DNA of 64,000 bases, from positions 448,001 to 512,000 of the forward strand of contig CBDBKE010000002.1 of NCBI GenBank assembly GCA_965206645.1. Reading direction: 5' to 3'. This DNA comes from Terriglobia bacterium (GTDB lineage: Bacteria > Acidobacteriota > Terriglobia > JAJPHL01 > JAPKYU01). The notes beneath the pieces are model-generated. The model did not search any database, was not told where the DNA came from, and saw nothing but the letters and a program-made list of their open reading frames with translations. A program made the position numbers and the translations under genes. Positions 52,866-62,665 of this stretch are shown piece after piece (position 1 is the stretch's first letter; every line of letters starts with the position of its first letter).

Positions 52866-53414
52866 TCATGGTTGTGCCCCTTCGCGTAGCGAGGCCGGCG
52901 CGAAGGCTTCGCGCACGCGCCCGTCGGTGACGTCATAGACGTAGCCAGCAACGACGAGGTCGTCCGGTAGAGTCGCGGCGGCTCGGAGCCGGTGGAGGTC
53001 CTCGGCCACGCTGGTCTGCGGGTCGATGATGGCAAGCCTTTCGATCGCTGCCTCGCCGGTCCCAGCGGCTTGGCCCAACTTCTGCCTAACCTGAGGGATG
53101 GCGAAGCGGCTGGCGCCACAATCGGTGTGATGGACGACGGCCACCTCAAGGGCAAACGAGCCGCTCCCAACGAGCGCGGCCAACGCCTGGAGAATCGCGA
53201 TCTGCTCGATGACCTCGTCGGTGACTCGCCCACCGATGTTGCGCATCACGACGGCGTCGCCCAGCTCGAGACCGAGAACGTGCGCCGGGTCAACTCGAGC
53301 GTCGACACATGTCAGCACCAGCGTCGACAGACGGGGCAGGATGGTCAAGTCCCCCTGGTCGAAGCTGCTGGCAAACTTAAGGTTGCGAGCGATAAGGGTT
53401 TGCACATCAGTCAT
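52866..53414 (-). CDS. Beta-class carbonic anhydrase family protein
   Basis: CVDAR, RNIGGR, HHTDCG, GYVYDV. Confidence 0.9.
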   Translation of the reverse strand: MTDVQTLIARNLKFASSFDQGDLTILPRLSTLVLTCVDARVDPAHVLGLELGDAVVMRNIGGRVTDEVIEQIAILQALAALVGSGSFALEVAVVHHTDCGASRFAIPQVRQKLGQAAGTGEAAIERLAIIDPQTSVAEDLHRLRAAATLPDDLVVAGYVYDVTDGRVREAFAPASLREGAQP

Positions 53415-53451
53415 GGTATGTCCTCCCCAAACAACCCCGCGAGATTCCTGC

Positions 53452-54325
53452 TCAGACTGTCATTCGCTTCATCCATTGGATGATCGCCTCTGATGCGTCG
53501 TCGGCTGCCTCCTCTTGCCAGAAGTGGCTTGCTTTCAAGAGGATAGTTTTGTGATTCGGGAATACTCGCTCGAAATGTTGACGCTCATCGTCACGAAACG
53601 CAAAGTCCTTCGTACCCCAAGTCAGGAGCACGGGCATATCCTTGATCTGGTCCAAGCCGACCTCTACTTCGTGGAGGTAGTCCGCGGCCTTGAACAGTAG
53701 CCGAGGCGAGATGGAGGTCTGCCTGCGGTTTTTGCGGTCTTTGAACGGCGCGAGGTACATTCGCATTACTTCCTTTTCTGGTCTGTGAATCACAGCCCGC
53801 CATAAAGAAGAATCTCGCTACACCATTAAACAAGTAGGCCATTGCTCTGCCGATGGGTCTCCCCATCACCCAGCTAAAGATTTCGTTTCTTTTTCCTTCT
53901 AGAGGCCACGCGAATGTATTTCCGATAATGGCCCGCTTCACAAGCTCGGGTCGTCGCCCAGCAAGTCCGAGTCCCCCCGGTCCGGCCCAGTCCTGAACAA
54001 CGAGAGTCAGATCCTTGATGCCGAGTTTGTCAACGAAGTTCTCAATATTCCCGCTGTGTTCGCGTGGCGTAAATTGATATCCAGGTGGCGCCTCGGTCAG
54101 CCCAAATCCTGGGTAGTCCGGCGCGATACAGCGGAAAGTGTCTCGCAATCTCAGGATCAGCTTGCGGTACAGGAATGACCACGAGGGGTTCCCATGAAGC
54201 ATGAGCAGGTTCTCCCCATTTCCCTCGTCCACATAGTGCATGTTGATGCCATTTCCGAGTTCCAGAAACCTGTGCTCGAACGGATAAAGCCCTCTATTCA
54301 CATCAAACTTTAGCCGTTTGGTCAT
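53452..54325 (-). pseudogene. Haloalkane dehalogenase-family hydrolase, frameshifted near 53790
   Basis: HYVDEG, HGNPSWSFLYR, QDWAG; WGTKD and ASHFWQE in a second frame. Confidence 0.85.
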
Positions 54326-54744
54326 AATGGCTGAGCTCCCTGCCGGCGACTTGATATTCCTTACACAGTACGCTTCTCCAGGAAGCGGTAGTAGCCGAGG
54401 CTCTGGCCAGCCGTAGGAGGAGCCCCCTCTTGTCGGCCATGCTACGCCCCACCTGCGGGCAAGTCAACGCGGGGAGCCAGCCAGACGTGCCGATGGTCTT
54501 TCGCTGCCGCACTGGAGGAGTCCAAGCGACAACCACCGTAGTTTGCCTCTAACCTCCCAGTTCTTTCCGGTCCGTCTGCCAACTCCCGAATGGTCGCCGA
54601 CTCGGAAAGCACCTCAGCGCCTTGCGGCTCCTTCTCTGACTGGCAGCGGTCACTTGGCCGCCGGCTGCGCGTGGCTTCGTGGTACACTCGGTCTCCCTTA
54701 TTCACAGGACGCAGTCTCCCGTCGCTCCTGAATTTGGTGCTCCG

Positions 54745-56028
54745 ATGAGAGATGCTGATAAATCGAAAAAGCAGCTCCTCCGTGAATTAGAGGAGATGCG
54801 CGAGAGAGTATCCGAGCTCGAATCGTCAAAGAAACAGCGCGAACGGACTGGAGAGGCTTTGGGCAGAAGCGAAGAGCCGTTTCGAAAAATCTTCGAGAAT
54901 TCCAATGATGGAATTTTCGTCGTCGATCCGGACCGGGATGAGATCATCGACGTCAACTTTAAGGCCTCTGAGAGGCTCGGCTATACTTGCCAAGAGCTTC
55001 TCTCCATGCCTGTGTCGGCTATCCATCCGGATGAAATGCCCAAGTTCCGGGCCTTTGGGAAATCCGTTTTCGAAAAGGGAGCGGGTTGGACCAACGAACT
55101 CACCTGCTTGACCAAGTCCGCAGGGAAACTGGATGCCGAAATTTCGGCCTCTGTTATCGACATTTCAGGCCGAACCCACATGATCGCAATGGTTCGGGAT
55201 ATTACCGCCCGTAAAAGAGCGGAGGCAGAACTACGGAAGGCCAACGAACGGATGAAGGCCGACCTCGAGGCTGCGGCCCAGATTCAGAAATCCCTCTTTC
55301 CAAGCGTGTCTCCTGTCGTGGAGGGGGTAAGGTTCGCGTGGGAAGTCAAGCCGTGCGAGGAGCTCGCCGGGGACATTCTCAATATCTTTCGCTTGGATGA
55401 GCACAATTTGGGTTTCTACATCCTTGACGTAAGTGGCCACGGTGTTCCTGCGGCCATGCTTTCCGTCGCACTCCACAAAGTTCTATTGCCTTTCGCCAGC
55501 CCGACCTCTTTATTGACCCGGCATAAGGACGAGGGGTCCGGATTCCAAATTGTGTCCCCCGCTGAAGTTTGCCAGCAATTGAACGTGCTTTTCCCGATGA
55601 ATCCCGCGACGGCGCAGTACTTTACCCTGCTCTATGGAGTCTTCGACTTGAAAACGAGAGAATTCCGATCCGTCTCCGCAGGCCACTGTGCTCCCATTTA
55701 TTTGTCCCCTGGACGGAAGCCTTTTGCGATTGAAATACACGGTTTTCCGATAGGCCTTTTCAAAGAGGCCTCCTATGAGGAGCAGGTCATGAAAACAGAG
55801 CCTTGCAGTCGGCTTTACTTGTATTCCGATGGATTGACGGAAGCTGTCAACCTGCAGGGAGAAGGCTTCGGTGAAGATCGGCTTCTACGTACCATAGAGG
55901 AGAGTCGGAGTCGGCCTTTACAAGAAAGTCCCTGTTATATCCTGGACCGCGTCCAGGAATGGAGTAGCAGCACCAGGCTGGAAGACGATGTTTCCCTCCT
56001 GGCGCTGGAATTGGGTGTTGATTTATAG
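54745..56028 (+). CDS. PAS-domain PP2C/SpoIIE phosphatase (RsbP/RsbU-like)
   Basis: PAS ending RDITARK, AQIQKSL, AGD, DVSGHG, YSDG, EDD. Confidence 0.9.
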   Translation: MRDADKSKKQLLRELEEMRERVSELESSKKQRERTGEALGRSEEPFRKIFENSNDGIFVVDPDRDEIIDVNFKASERLGYTCQELLSMPVSAIHPDEMPKFRAFGKSVFEKGAGWTNELTCLTKSAGKLDAEISASVIDISGRTHMIAMVRDITARKRAEAELRKANERMKADLEAAAQIQKSLFPSVSPVVEGVRFAWEVKPCEELAGDILNIFRLDEHNLGFYILDVSGHGVPAAMLSVALHKVLLPFASPTSLLTRHKDEGSGFQIVSPAEVCQQLNVLFPMNPATAQYFTLLYGVFDLKTREFRSVSAGHCAPIYLSPGRKPFAIEIHGFPIGLFKEASYEEQVMKTEPCSRLYLYSDGLTEAVNLQGEGFGEDRLLRTIEESRSRPLQESPCYILDRVQEWSSSTRLEDDVSLLALELGVDL

Positions 56029-56030
56029 CA

Positions 56031-56522
56031 TCAGTCGTCTGCTCTGGCAGGGTTGCTTGCTGATCGCACGGCTACTGATCGCAGAGCAGCGTCCGAGACT
56101 ACCTGAGGCACCGACACGTTCTCGGCCAAATACTCCTTGGCCAGGTCACGCTCCCGGCGAAACTTCGGGAGTTCACGCGCACCGAGGCCTCTTCCAGCCC
56201 ACACCTGGGTGAGTAAATACTGATCCTCATATCGGTTGAAGATGAACGTCGGAGAATTATTCTCTCTCGATTTGGCTGGCACGGTGTTGGACCAGAGCAG
56301 CGTCCTTCGGCTTCCGTCTTCTCCAATATGAATCACGAACACACCCTGTGGATTAGTGTACTGAACAGCGTAGCTGCCGGTCGGATACGCTGTATTCCCG
56401 ACCATGAAATCAAACGGGATATCCGCCCAGACCTCATTGTCAGAGTCCGCGTGGACAGAGACAACTGCGAGCATGGCCAGGAGACTCCCCATCGCCAGAA
56501 CAGTTAGAGCCTACTTTTTCAT
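56031..56522 (-). pseudogene. Small secreted protein with TAG at codon 4
   Basis: AAGGAGG RBS, ATG AAA AAG TAG; ADIPFDF...FNRYEDQYLL. Confidence 0.7.
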
Positions 56523-56882
56523 AGTGACCTCCTTAAGGTTTTGAGAAGAAGCGGGCCACCCCGCCATTTCCGATTTCGCCGCTTTTTCTTTTCGGCTGAT
56601 GAGTAGGATGCAAACATTAGGCGATGAGATTCACGCTCAAATCTAGAGTTCAAAAGCCTCGACTGGTAGCTACTCCCTGAACAATTCGCCTTATTTCTTC
56701 CCCGATGTTGTCAGCTAGTGTTTACTTATGCTTTCAAGCAGGAGCCGCTGAGGAACGGCACGATCCTGCCCATTCTCAGACAACCATCCACCTTGCCGGC
56801 GACCTAGACAACTACAACGATGGCTTAGACTGTCTTTGTGTGGCCGGTCTGGAGGACGAGTTCGGGCTTGGGGTGCGCAGGG

Positions 56883-57281
56883 CTATCGGTTCGGGTCTGC
56901 GTCAAGAGTCGCGTTCCCGAGCCACGCGTTAGCCAGTGTCAGATTGGCAGGCAGGCGGCAGGAGGGCAGCTTGCGCTCGTTCCCAAGCTTGCCTTTGCGC
57001 ACCTTCACCGAAGTCGCCTCGAACTGGACGTCGGCATTGGCCAGAACCTTGGCCGCGCGCGATTCAGGACAGAAAATGAAGGCGGCCTCAGAATTCTTGC
57101 CGGTCAGGACGCGGTCGCCGGCCCCAATCAAGTCGGCGGTCCGCGCGGGAACTGGGCTCTTCTGCTCCGCCCTCACGATCTGCACGTTGCCTGATACCAT
57201 GGAAAGTATCCCCACCGGGGCCGCGGCCTGCGCGGCAGCGCAAAGACAAAGCAGCGCAGTTACAGTCCGATAGATCATCAC
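56883..57281 (-). pseudogene. Secreted FecR-like N-terminal fragment
   Basis: Signal peptide, VSGNV...GDRVLTGKNS; IS1380-type end GGAAATTCCGG just upstream (~57295). Confidence 0.5.
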
Positions 57282-57799
57282 TCACGACCTTTAACCGGAA
57301 TTTCCGACTTCAACCTTTTACTCCTCGTTTCGCGCCGCTCAAGTGAGAATGGCCTGAGCTCTGCCAGAGCCCAGGCTTCGGGCTCCAAGAACCTTGGGAG
57401 GGCACGCAAGTGAGGGGCAGGCGTGTAGAAGAATGGAGCCAGCGGGAGCAGCTCCGCCGCTGGCTGACGGGTCCGACTCTTGTTTCTGCTTCAATTCGTG
57501 CATGAACCCCACGCTCACTTGTCGGATGCGGTGGTGGGGCGAAAAGTCGCACTGGTGAGGAACAGGTTGTGGGAAAACTCTCGAGGTGGAGGTCGGCTTC
57601 GACCTTGACCGCCTCGGGCAGATGCTCAGCCGCCTCAAGAATCAAACGCCGGTGTGATCTTTCGGCTGAAGGGTGCAGGGCAGGTGCCCCACCGGCACGG
57701 CGCAATCGGCTACCTTGCCCACCCAGGGATCGGCGTGATGGCCTTCCTTGCCCACTACTGAATCCCCAAGTCACACCCGGTCATCGAATTGATTGAAAT

Positions 57800-59079
57800 T
57801 GACCTGCCGGCTTTCTTCGGACCACCGATTACTGGAGAACAGCGCCAGTCGGCATGGTTAAGTCGCTCTCGTGTTCTTCTTGGTCAGCGTGAGCCGGCAT
57901 CGCCGGCGAGCGCCCACCGTCATCCGAGCCAGCACGGAGCTGCGCTTTGAACTCGGCTGGCGTCAGATAGCCAAGGCTCGAGTGCGGTCGCACGTCGTTG
58001 TAGTGCCGTCGCCATTGCTCGATCCCCACCTTCGCGTCCACGCGGTTCCGAAACCACTGCAGGCTCAGATACTCGTCGCGGAACTTCCCGTTGAACGATT
58101 CGTCGGTCGCATTCTGCCACGGCTTCCCCGGCTCGATGAGCGCGGTTTCGATCTGCGCCTGGAGCAGCCACCGGAGAATCGCACCCGCGACAAACTCGGG
58201 GCCGTTGTCGGACCGGAGGTAACGTGGGGCTCCGTGGACGCTCACGAGCTGCGTGAGCACCTCGATAACGCGCCCGGACCGAATGCCGCCGGCCACGTCG
58301 ATCGCGAGTGACTCGCGGGTCCATTCGTCGACGACGGTGAGGCACTTGAGCGTCTGCCCATTCGCGCAGGTGTCGAACACGAAGTCGTACGCCCAGACGT
58401 GATTGACCGCAGTGGCGGGCACCGGGCGGGGCCGGCTCAGGGCGACCCGGCGCCGCGGCCGCCGCCGAGGCACCTGCAACCCCGCCTGGCGCCAGAGGCG
58501 ATGGGTCCGGTCCGTGCTCATCGTGTGCCCTTCGCGTTTTAGGAAAATCCGAATCCGGCGATAGCCGTACCGCGGATACTGCGCCGCCAGACGACGCATC
58601 GCGGCCAGCGCCGGGGCATCCCGGTCGACCAGCCGCGACTGGTAGCCCAGCGTGGACCGTGCGACGGAGAGCAAGGCGCACGCGCGGCGACCCGACAGAC
58701 CGCGTGCACGTGCATACGCGACCTGCGGCCGGCGCACGCGTGCGCCTACCATTTTTTTCGGGTGATCTCCTTGAGCACGTCGATCTCCAGATCTCGATCG
58801 GCCACCATCTTTTTCAGCCGGCCGTTCTCCTGCTCGAGCTGCCGCAGCCGCTTCACATCGGCGGGCTCCAACGTGCCGAAGTGTTTCCGCCAGGCGTAGA
58901 GCGTCTGGGCGCTGACGCCGTTCTTTTTGGCCACCTCCGGAACGGGCCGCTGATCGGCCTCGCGGAGGATCGTCACCATCTGCTCTTCGGTAAACCGGGT
59001 CTTCTTCATGGCTCCCTCGTTTCTCCGAGGGCGCCATTCTCTCAGGCTTCAGCTGGTCCGGAAATCGCCAGGCAGGTCA
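57800..59079 (-). mobile_element. Complete IS3-family element, inverted near-identical copy of 26020-27299
   Basis: 1280 bp, 4-bp TSD AAAT, only a few substitutions. Confidence 0.95.
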
Positions 59080-59081
59080 AA

Positions 59082-59356
59082 ATGGCCAGGAAAACCATTC
59101 GTATCACCCATCGTACAAGTGGGATTAAGATCGCTGAAGGCCCACTCGGATGGGGAATCACGCCCTTTGAAGGCAGCCCATACACGGCCGCAAGTATCTA
59201 TTAACAAAGGGGTTAAAGCCGAACTTCATTTCCGGGCTCTGCCCCTACAAGTTCCTTTATGTTTGGCTCGATCTCAAGCTGCCGGATGGCAATCAGGTCA
59301 AGAATCTCGGCTGGCTGTATTGGCTACCTAATCCGCTATTCCCTTTCATTTGTTGA
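59082..59356 (+). pseudogene. Frameshifted DUF427-like gene; IS inserted at its start codon
   Basis: GITPFEG...GLCPYKFLY...LGWLYWLPNP across frames. Confidence 0.5.
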
Positions 59357-59690
59357 GATAATTTAGGACCATTGGAAAAGCGACAGGTCGCTACCCGCCT
59401 CACCTTCTGCGCTCCGCCCTGCGCGCTGGCCATCACTCTAAGCAGACAAACCACAATCTACCTCTTTTCGAAACTGAAGAAGTCAACTTGGAGTGCGACC
59501 TTGTGGCCGGCTACCTGGAACGCCTGCTTTTGAACCTGGAGCGACCTACCGAACGCTCCGCCGAAACCCTCACTGTTGATCGTTTGATCCAGGAAGGCTT
59601 CTGAAATCAAAGCACGGTCACCGGACCCTTGTCTACTTGCTGGAGCGGCTTTGCTCCAGTATAAGGGTGCTGGGAAAAGGAGAGGAATCC

Positions 59691-61124
59691 ATGAGTCTTA
59701 GAATGTGCTTGTCTTTGGTCGTCCTGGCATCTGTTGTCTGCCTCCCTGTCTCGGACCTTGAGGCCCAACCTCGGCCGAACAAGCAGCATCGGAATGCTCT
59801 GGCGGAGTTGAGCAGCTCGTTCCAGGCCGTGTGCGGCCGTGTGAGCCCGGCGGTCGTTCAAATTTCCACTTCGGGCTACGCCACTATACAAAAGGGCGCA
59901 GGAGCCGGCACGGGGTTGGTGACCCGACATCGCGGCGTAGGGTCAGGGGTCCTGGTTGACCCGGACGGTTATATCGTCACCAACGCCCACGTGGTTGAAG
60001 GTGTCCGGCGACTCCAGGTCTTGCTGGCGGTTCCCCCCGACGAGCGAGCCCAGTGGCGCTCTATTCTCAAGCCCCGGGGGAAAGCCGTTCCGGCCAAGAT
60101 TATCGGAGTGGATCGGGAGACGGATCTCGCCGTATTGAAGATAGAAGAAACGGGGCTGCCCTCGCTGGAGTTGGGGGACTCCGACCAGCTACGGCAGGGA
60201 CAAGTCGTGCTGGCGTTCGGCAGTCCTCTCGGGTTGGGGAATTCGGTCACCATGGGTGTGGTGAGCTCCGTCGCACGCCAACTTCGGCCCGAGGATCCGA
60301 TGATCTACATCCAAACCGACGCCACCATCAACCCGGGCAACAGCGGCGGTCCGCTGGTGGACAGCGAAGGACGGGTGGTTGGGATTAACACTCTCATCGC
60401 GTCGCTGTCCGGCGGCAGCGAAGGGATCGGCTTCGCCGCCCCGAGCAACATTGTGCGGCACGTTTATTCACAAATCCGTAAGTCCGGCCGGGTTCGCCGC
60501 GGCCGACTCGGGGTGGCAGTCCAGACAGTGACACCCACGCTGGCAGCCGGATTGGGATTGCCTCAAACCTGGGGTGTGGTGGTGGCCGATTTGCTCCCCG
60601 GCGGGCCGGCCGCAATCGCCGGGGTCGAGACCGGCGACCTGATCCTGACTCTCGATGGGAAAGTTATGGAGAACGCACGCCAGTTTCAGGTCAACCTTTA
60701 CCCGCGCTCCATTGGCAATGCAGTGACCCTGGAGCTGCTGCGTGGCTCGCAGAAGCTCACGAAGATTGCATCGTTAGTGGAGCGTCCGAGCGCCCCCGAC
60801 CATTTCGCCGATCTTGTAACCCGAGGGACAAGCCTGATTTCCAAGCTGGGTGTTTTGGGAGTTGAGCTGGATGACCGAGTCACGGGAATGCTCCCGACCC
60901 TGCGAGAACCCACCGGCATTCTGGTGGCAGCCCTGGCGGCGGAAGCTCCCACCGGAGGCGCAGGGTTTCAGCCAGGCGATATCATCCATTCGATCAACCG
61001 CGCACCGATCCGGGACCTGGCCGGACTCCGATCCGCGGTGGGCCGCCTCCACGCGGGTGATCCGATTGTCGTTCAAGTCGAACGGCTTGGCCAGTTCCTG
61101 TTCATTGCCTTCCATGTGGAATAG
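59691..61124 (+). CDS. HtrA/DegP-family serine protease with two PDZ domains
   Basis: TNAHV, DLAV, GNSGG; signal peptide. Confidence 0.93.
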   Translation: MSLRMCLSLVVLASVVCLPVSDLEAQPRPNKQHRNALAELSSSFQAVCGRVSPAVVQISTSGYATIQKGAGAGTGLVTRHRGVGSGVLVDPDGYIVTNAHVVEGVRRLQVLLAVPPDERAQWRSILKPRGKAVPAKIIGVDRETDLAVLKIEETGLPSLELGDSDQLRQGQVVLAFGSPLGLGNSVTMGVVSSVARQLRPEDPMIYIQTDATINPGNSGGPLVDSEGRVVGINTLIASLSGGSEGIGFAAPSNIVRHVYSQIRKSGRVRRGRLGVAVQTVTPTLAAGLGLPQTWGVVVADLLPGGPAAIAGVETGDLILTLDGKVMENARQFQVNLYPRSIGNAVTLELLRGSQKLTKIASLVERPSAPDHFADLVTRGTSLISKLGVLGVELDDRVTGMLPTLREPTGILVAALAAEAPTGGAGFQPGDIIHSINRAPIRDLAGLRSAVGRLHAGDPIVVQVERLGQFLFIAFHVE

Positions 61125-61429
61125 CATGAGAGCGCCGACAGCACCCGGGCAGGGCACCCCGGGCGTCTGCCCTATCCTACTGGTGAAGTAATATGGCCGG
61201 TGGAGGGAATCGAGCTGCGCGGAATCCGGAATCGCGACTTCTCTCGATAGCCGGCAGGAGTCGCCTCGGCCAAGCCCACGACGCCGTCCTCACTCGCCAG
61301 ACACAGATGCCATGCCCATCAGCATAGGCCACGGTCCCTCAAGACCTCCTCCTCCGCCTGAACCTCCCGGAGTAAGCCTTCCGCGTTGACTTACCCTTAA
61401 CCTGCGAGTCAAGGCCACAGCACCTCTGA

Positions 61430-61832
61430 CCACCCATCGCTCCGCTTCCCTTTGCGGAGCGTGCTCCTTGGCGCCGCCGGTCCCCCGGTAAGAGGCGGGG
61501 TGCACGAGGGCCTCCGATGAGGGCTTTTCGTCGCCGGCGTCCGTCAGCGCAAAGGTCACACCGCGGCCAGTGAAATAGATGCTCTTGTCGCCACCCTGGA
61601 TGTAGTAGGCGACGCGGGGGTCGAGCTGCCCCTGGTTCTCGATGAAATGGAGAGGCAGTTTTCCGAAAGTCTCTACCACCTGCCGCTTGTTGGCCGCTGG
61701 AGTTTTCGCTGCGGAGTATGGCTTGTCGGCAAGGACAGGGCCGGAACCCAGCTCCACCACCGCGCTGGCTAGCAACCCGAGCGCTAGCAGCGCCATTCCC
61801 GGCCCTATGGAACGAATCAAGAACCTACGCAT
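61430..61832 (-). pseudogene. Second SBBP-type N-terminal fragment
   Basis: Paralog of 41535-41945 with the same truncation point. Confidence 0.75.
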
Positions 61833-61899
61833 GTCTGTCCCCCTCGGAGGTGAAGGACCAAAGATTATCGCCTGCCGGGTCGCATGTCCAGGAAAGCCT

Positions 61900-62001
61900 G
61901 ATAGGTCGCCACAAACGGGCTAGCGTTATCAATCCTGGTTTCAGTTGGACGTATAGTCGGCTATCCGGACAAGTGCCTACCTTGCGGCAGCGTCACTTTA
62001 A
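61900..62001 (+). repeat. Composite site E: X-Y-linker, cut by IS1380
   Basis: X 61904-61931, Y 61943-61974. Confidence 0.8.
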
Positions 62002-62665
62002 CCCGGATTTCCTTTTTGGAAACGCAGCGGCAACCTTCAGCTAACCTCCAACGTCAATATTGATACTGGTTGCAGCATCAATCGGAGCGTTCGGAGGCGT
62101 AAACCCAATGGGTGAGAGCGGAAAACAGGGATTTCAGCTGTCGTTCAACCGATTTCTGCGAGTCGGGTTTCAGGGATCACGGGTGACTTCCAATGGTGGA
62201 CTGATTCTGGTCCGGGAGTTGGATGAGCGTCTGGGATTCAGCGAACTCATTGACGAGCACCTGACCGATTCGCGGGCAAACAATGCTCGGTTTTCTTTCG
62301 CGGACTTGCTGCGGCAGTCGGTCTACAGTCGCCTAGCTGGATACGAGGATGTAAATGATGCCGAGCGGCTGTCGCAAGACCCGACCTTTCGGCTGATTGG
62401 TTCAGAGAAGACTTGGGAACGAGGCGCGGCGCTGACCTCCAGGTTGCAAACTTTCGAGACGGAGATGCTGGCGAAGGTGGAGAACTTCGTCGGGTTAGCC
62501 CGGATCAACCGGGAACTGATCGGAAAGGTCGAAGCCTTCCAGTGGCACTACCGAGCGGTGCTGGATATGGACTCAACCGAGATTCCGGTCTACGGGGAGC
62601 AGGAACAGAGCGCCTACAACGGGCGCTTCGAGTCCACTTGCTATCACCCGCTGCTTTTGGTTCAA
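62002..62665 (+). mobile_element. IS1380-family 5' fragment, interrupted by IS256
   Basis: IRL CCCGGATTTCC; transposase runs to CYHPLL. Confidence 0.88.

Noticed and set aside
15294-56513. Amber (TAG) recoding suggested by in-frame TAGs at 15294, 21231, 27728 and 56511
   Set aside because: By context they appear to replace different residues (Tyr or Gln) and fall mostly in decayed elements. Intact genes such as ptrB, dctM and htrA end in TAG. Nonsense mutations explain them.
29932-62001. X/Y repeats as a CRISPR array or as attC sites
   Set aside because: They are dispersed kilobases apart with no regular spacers and no cas genes. In the palindromic copy the GTTRRRY-like word is at the 5' end, the opposite of attC.
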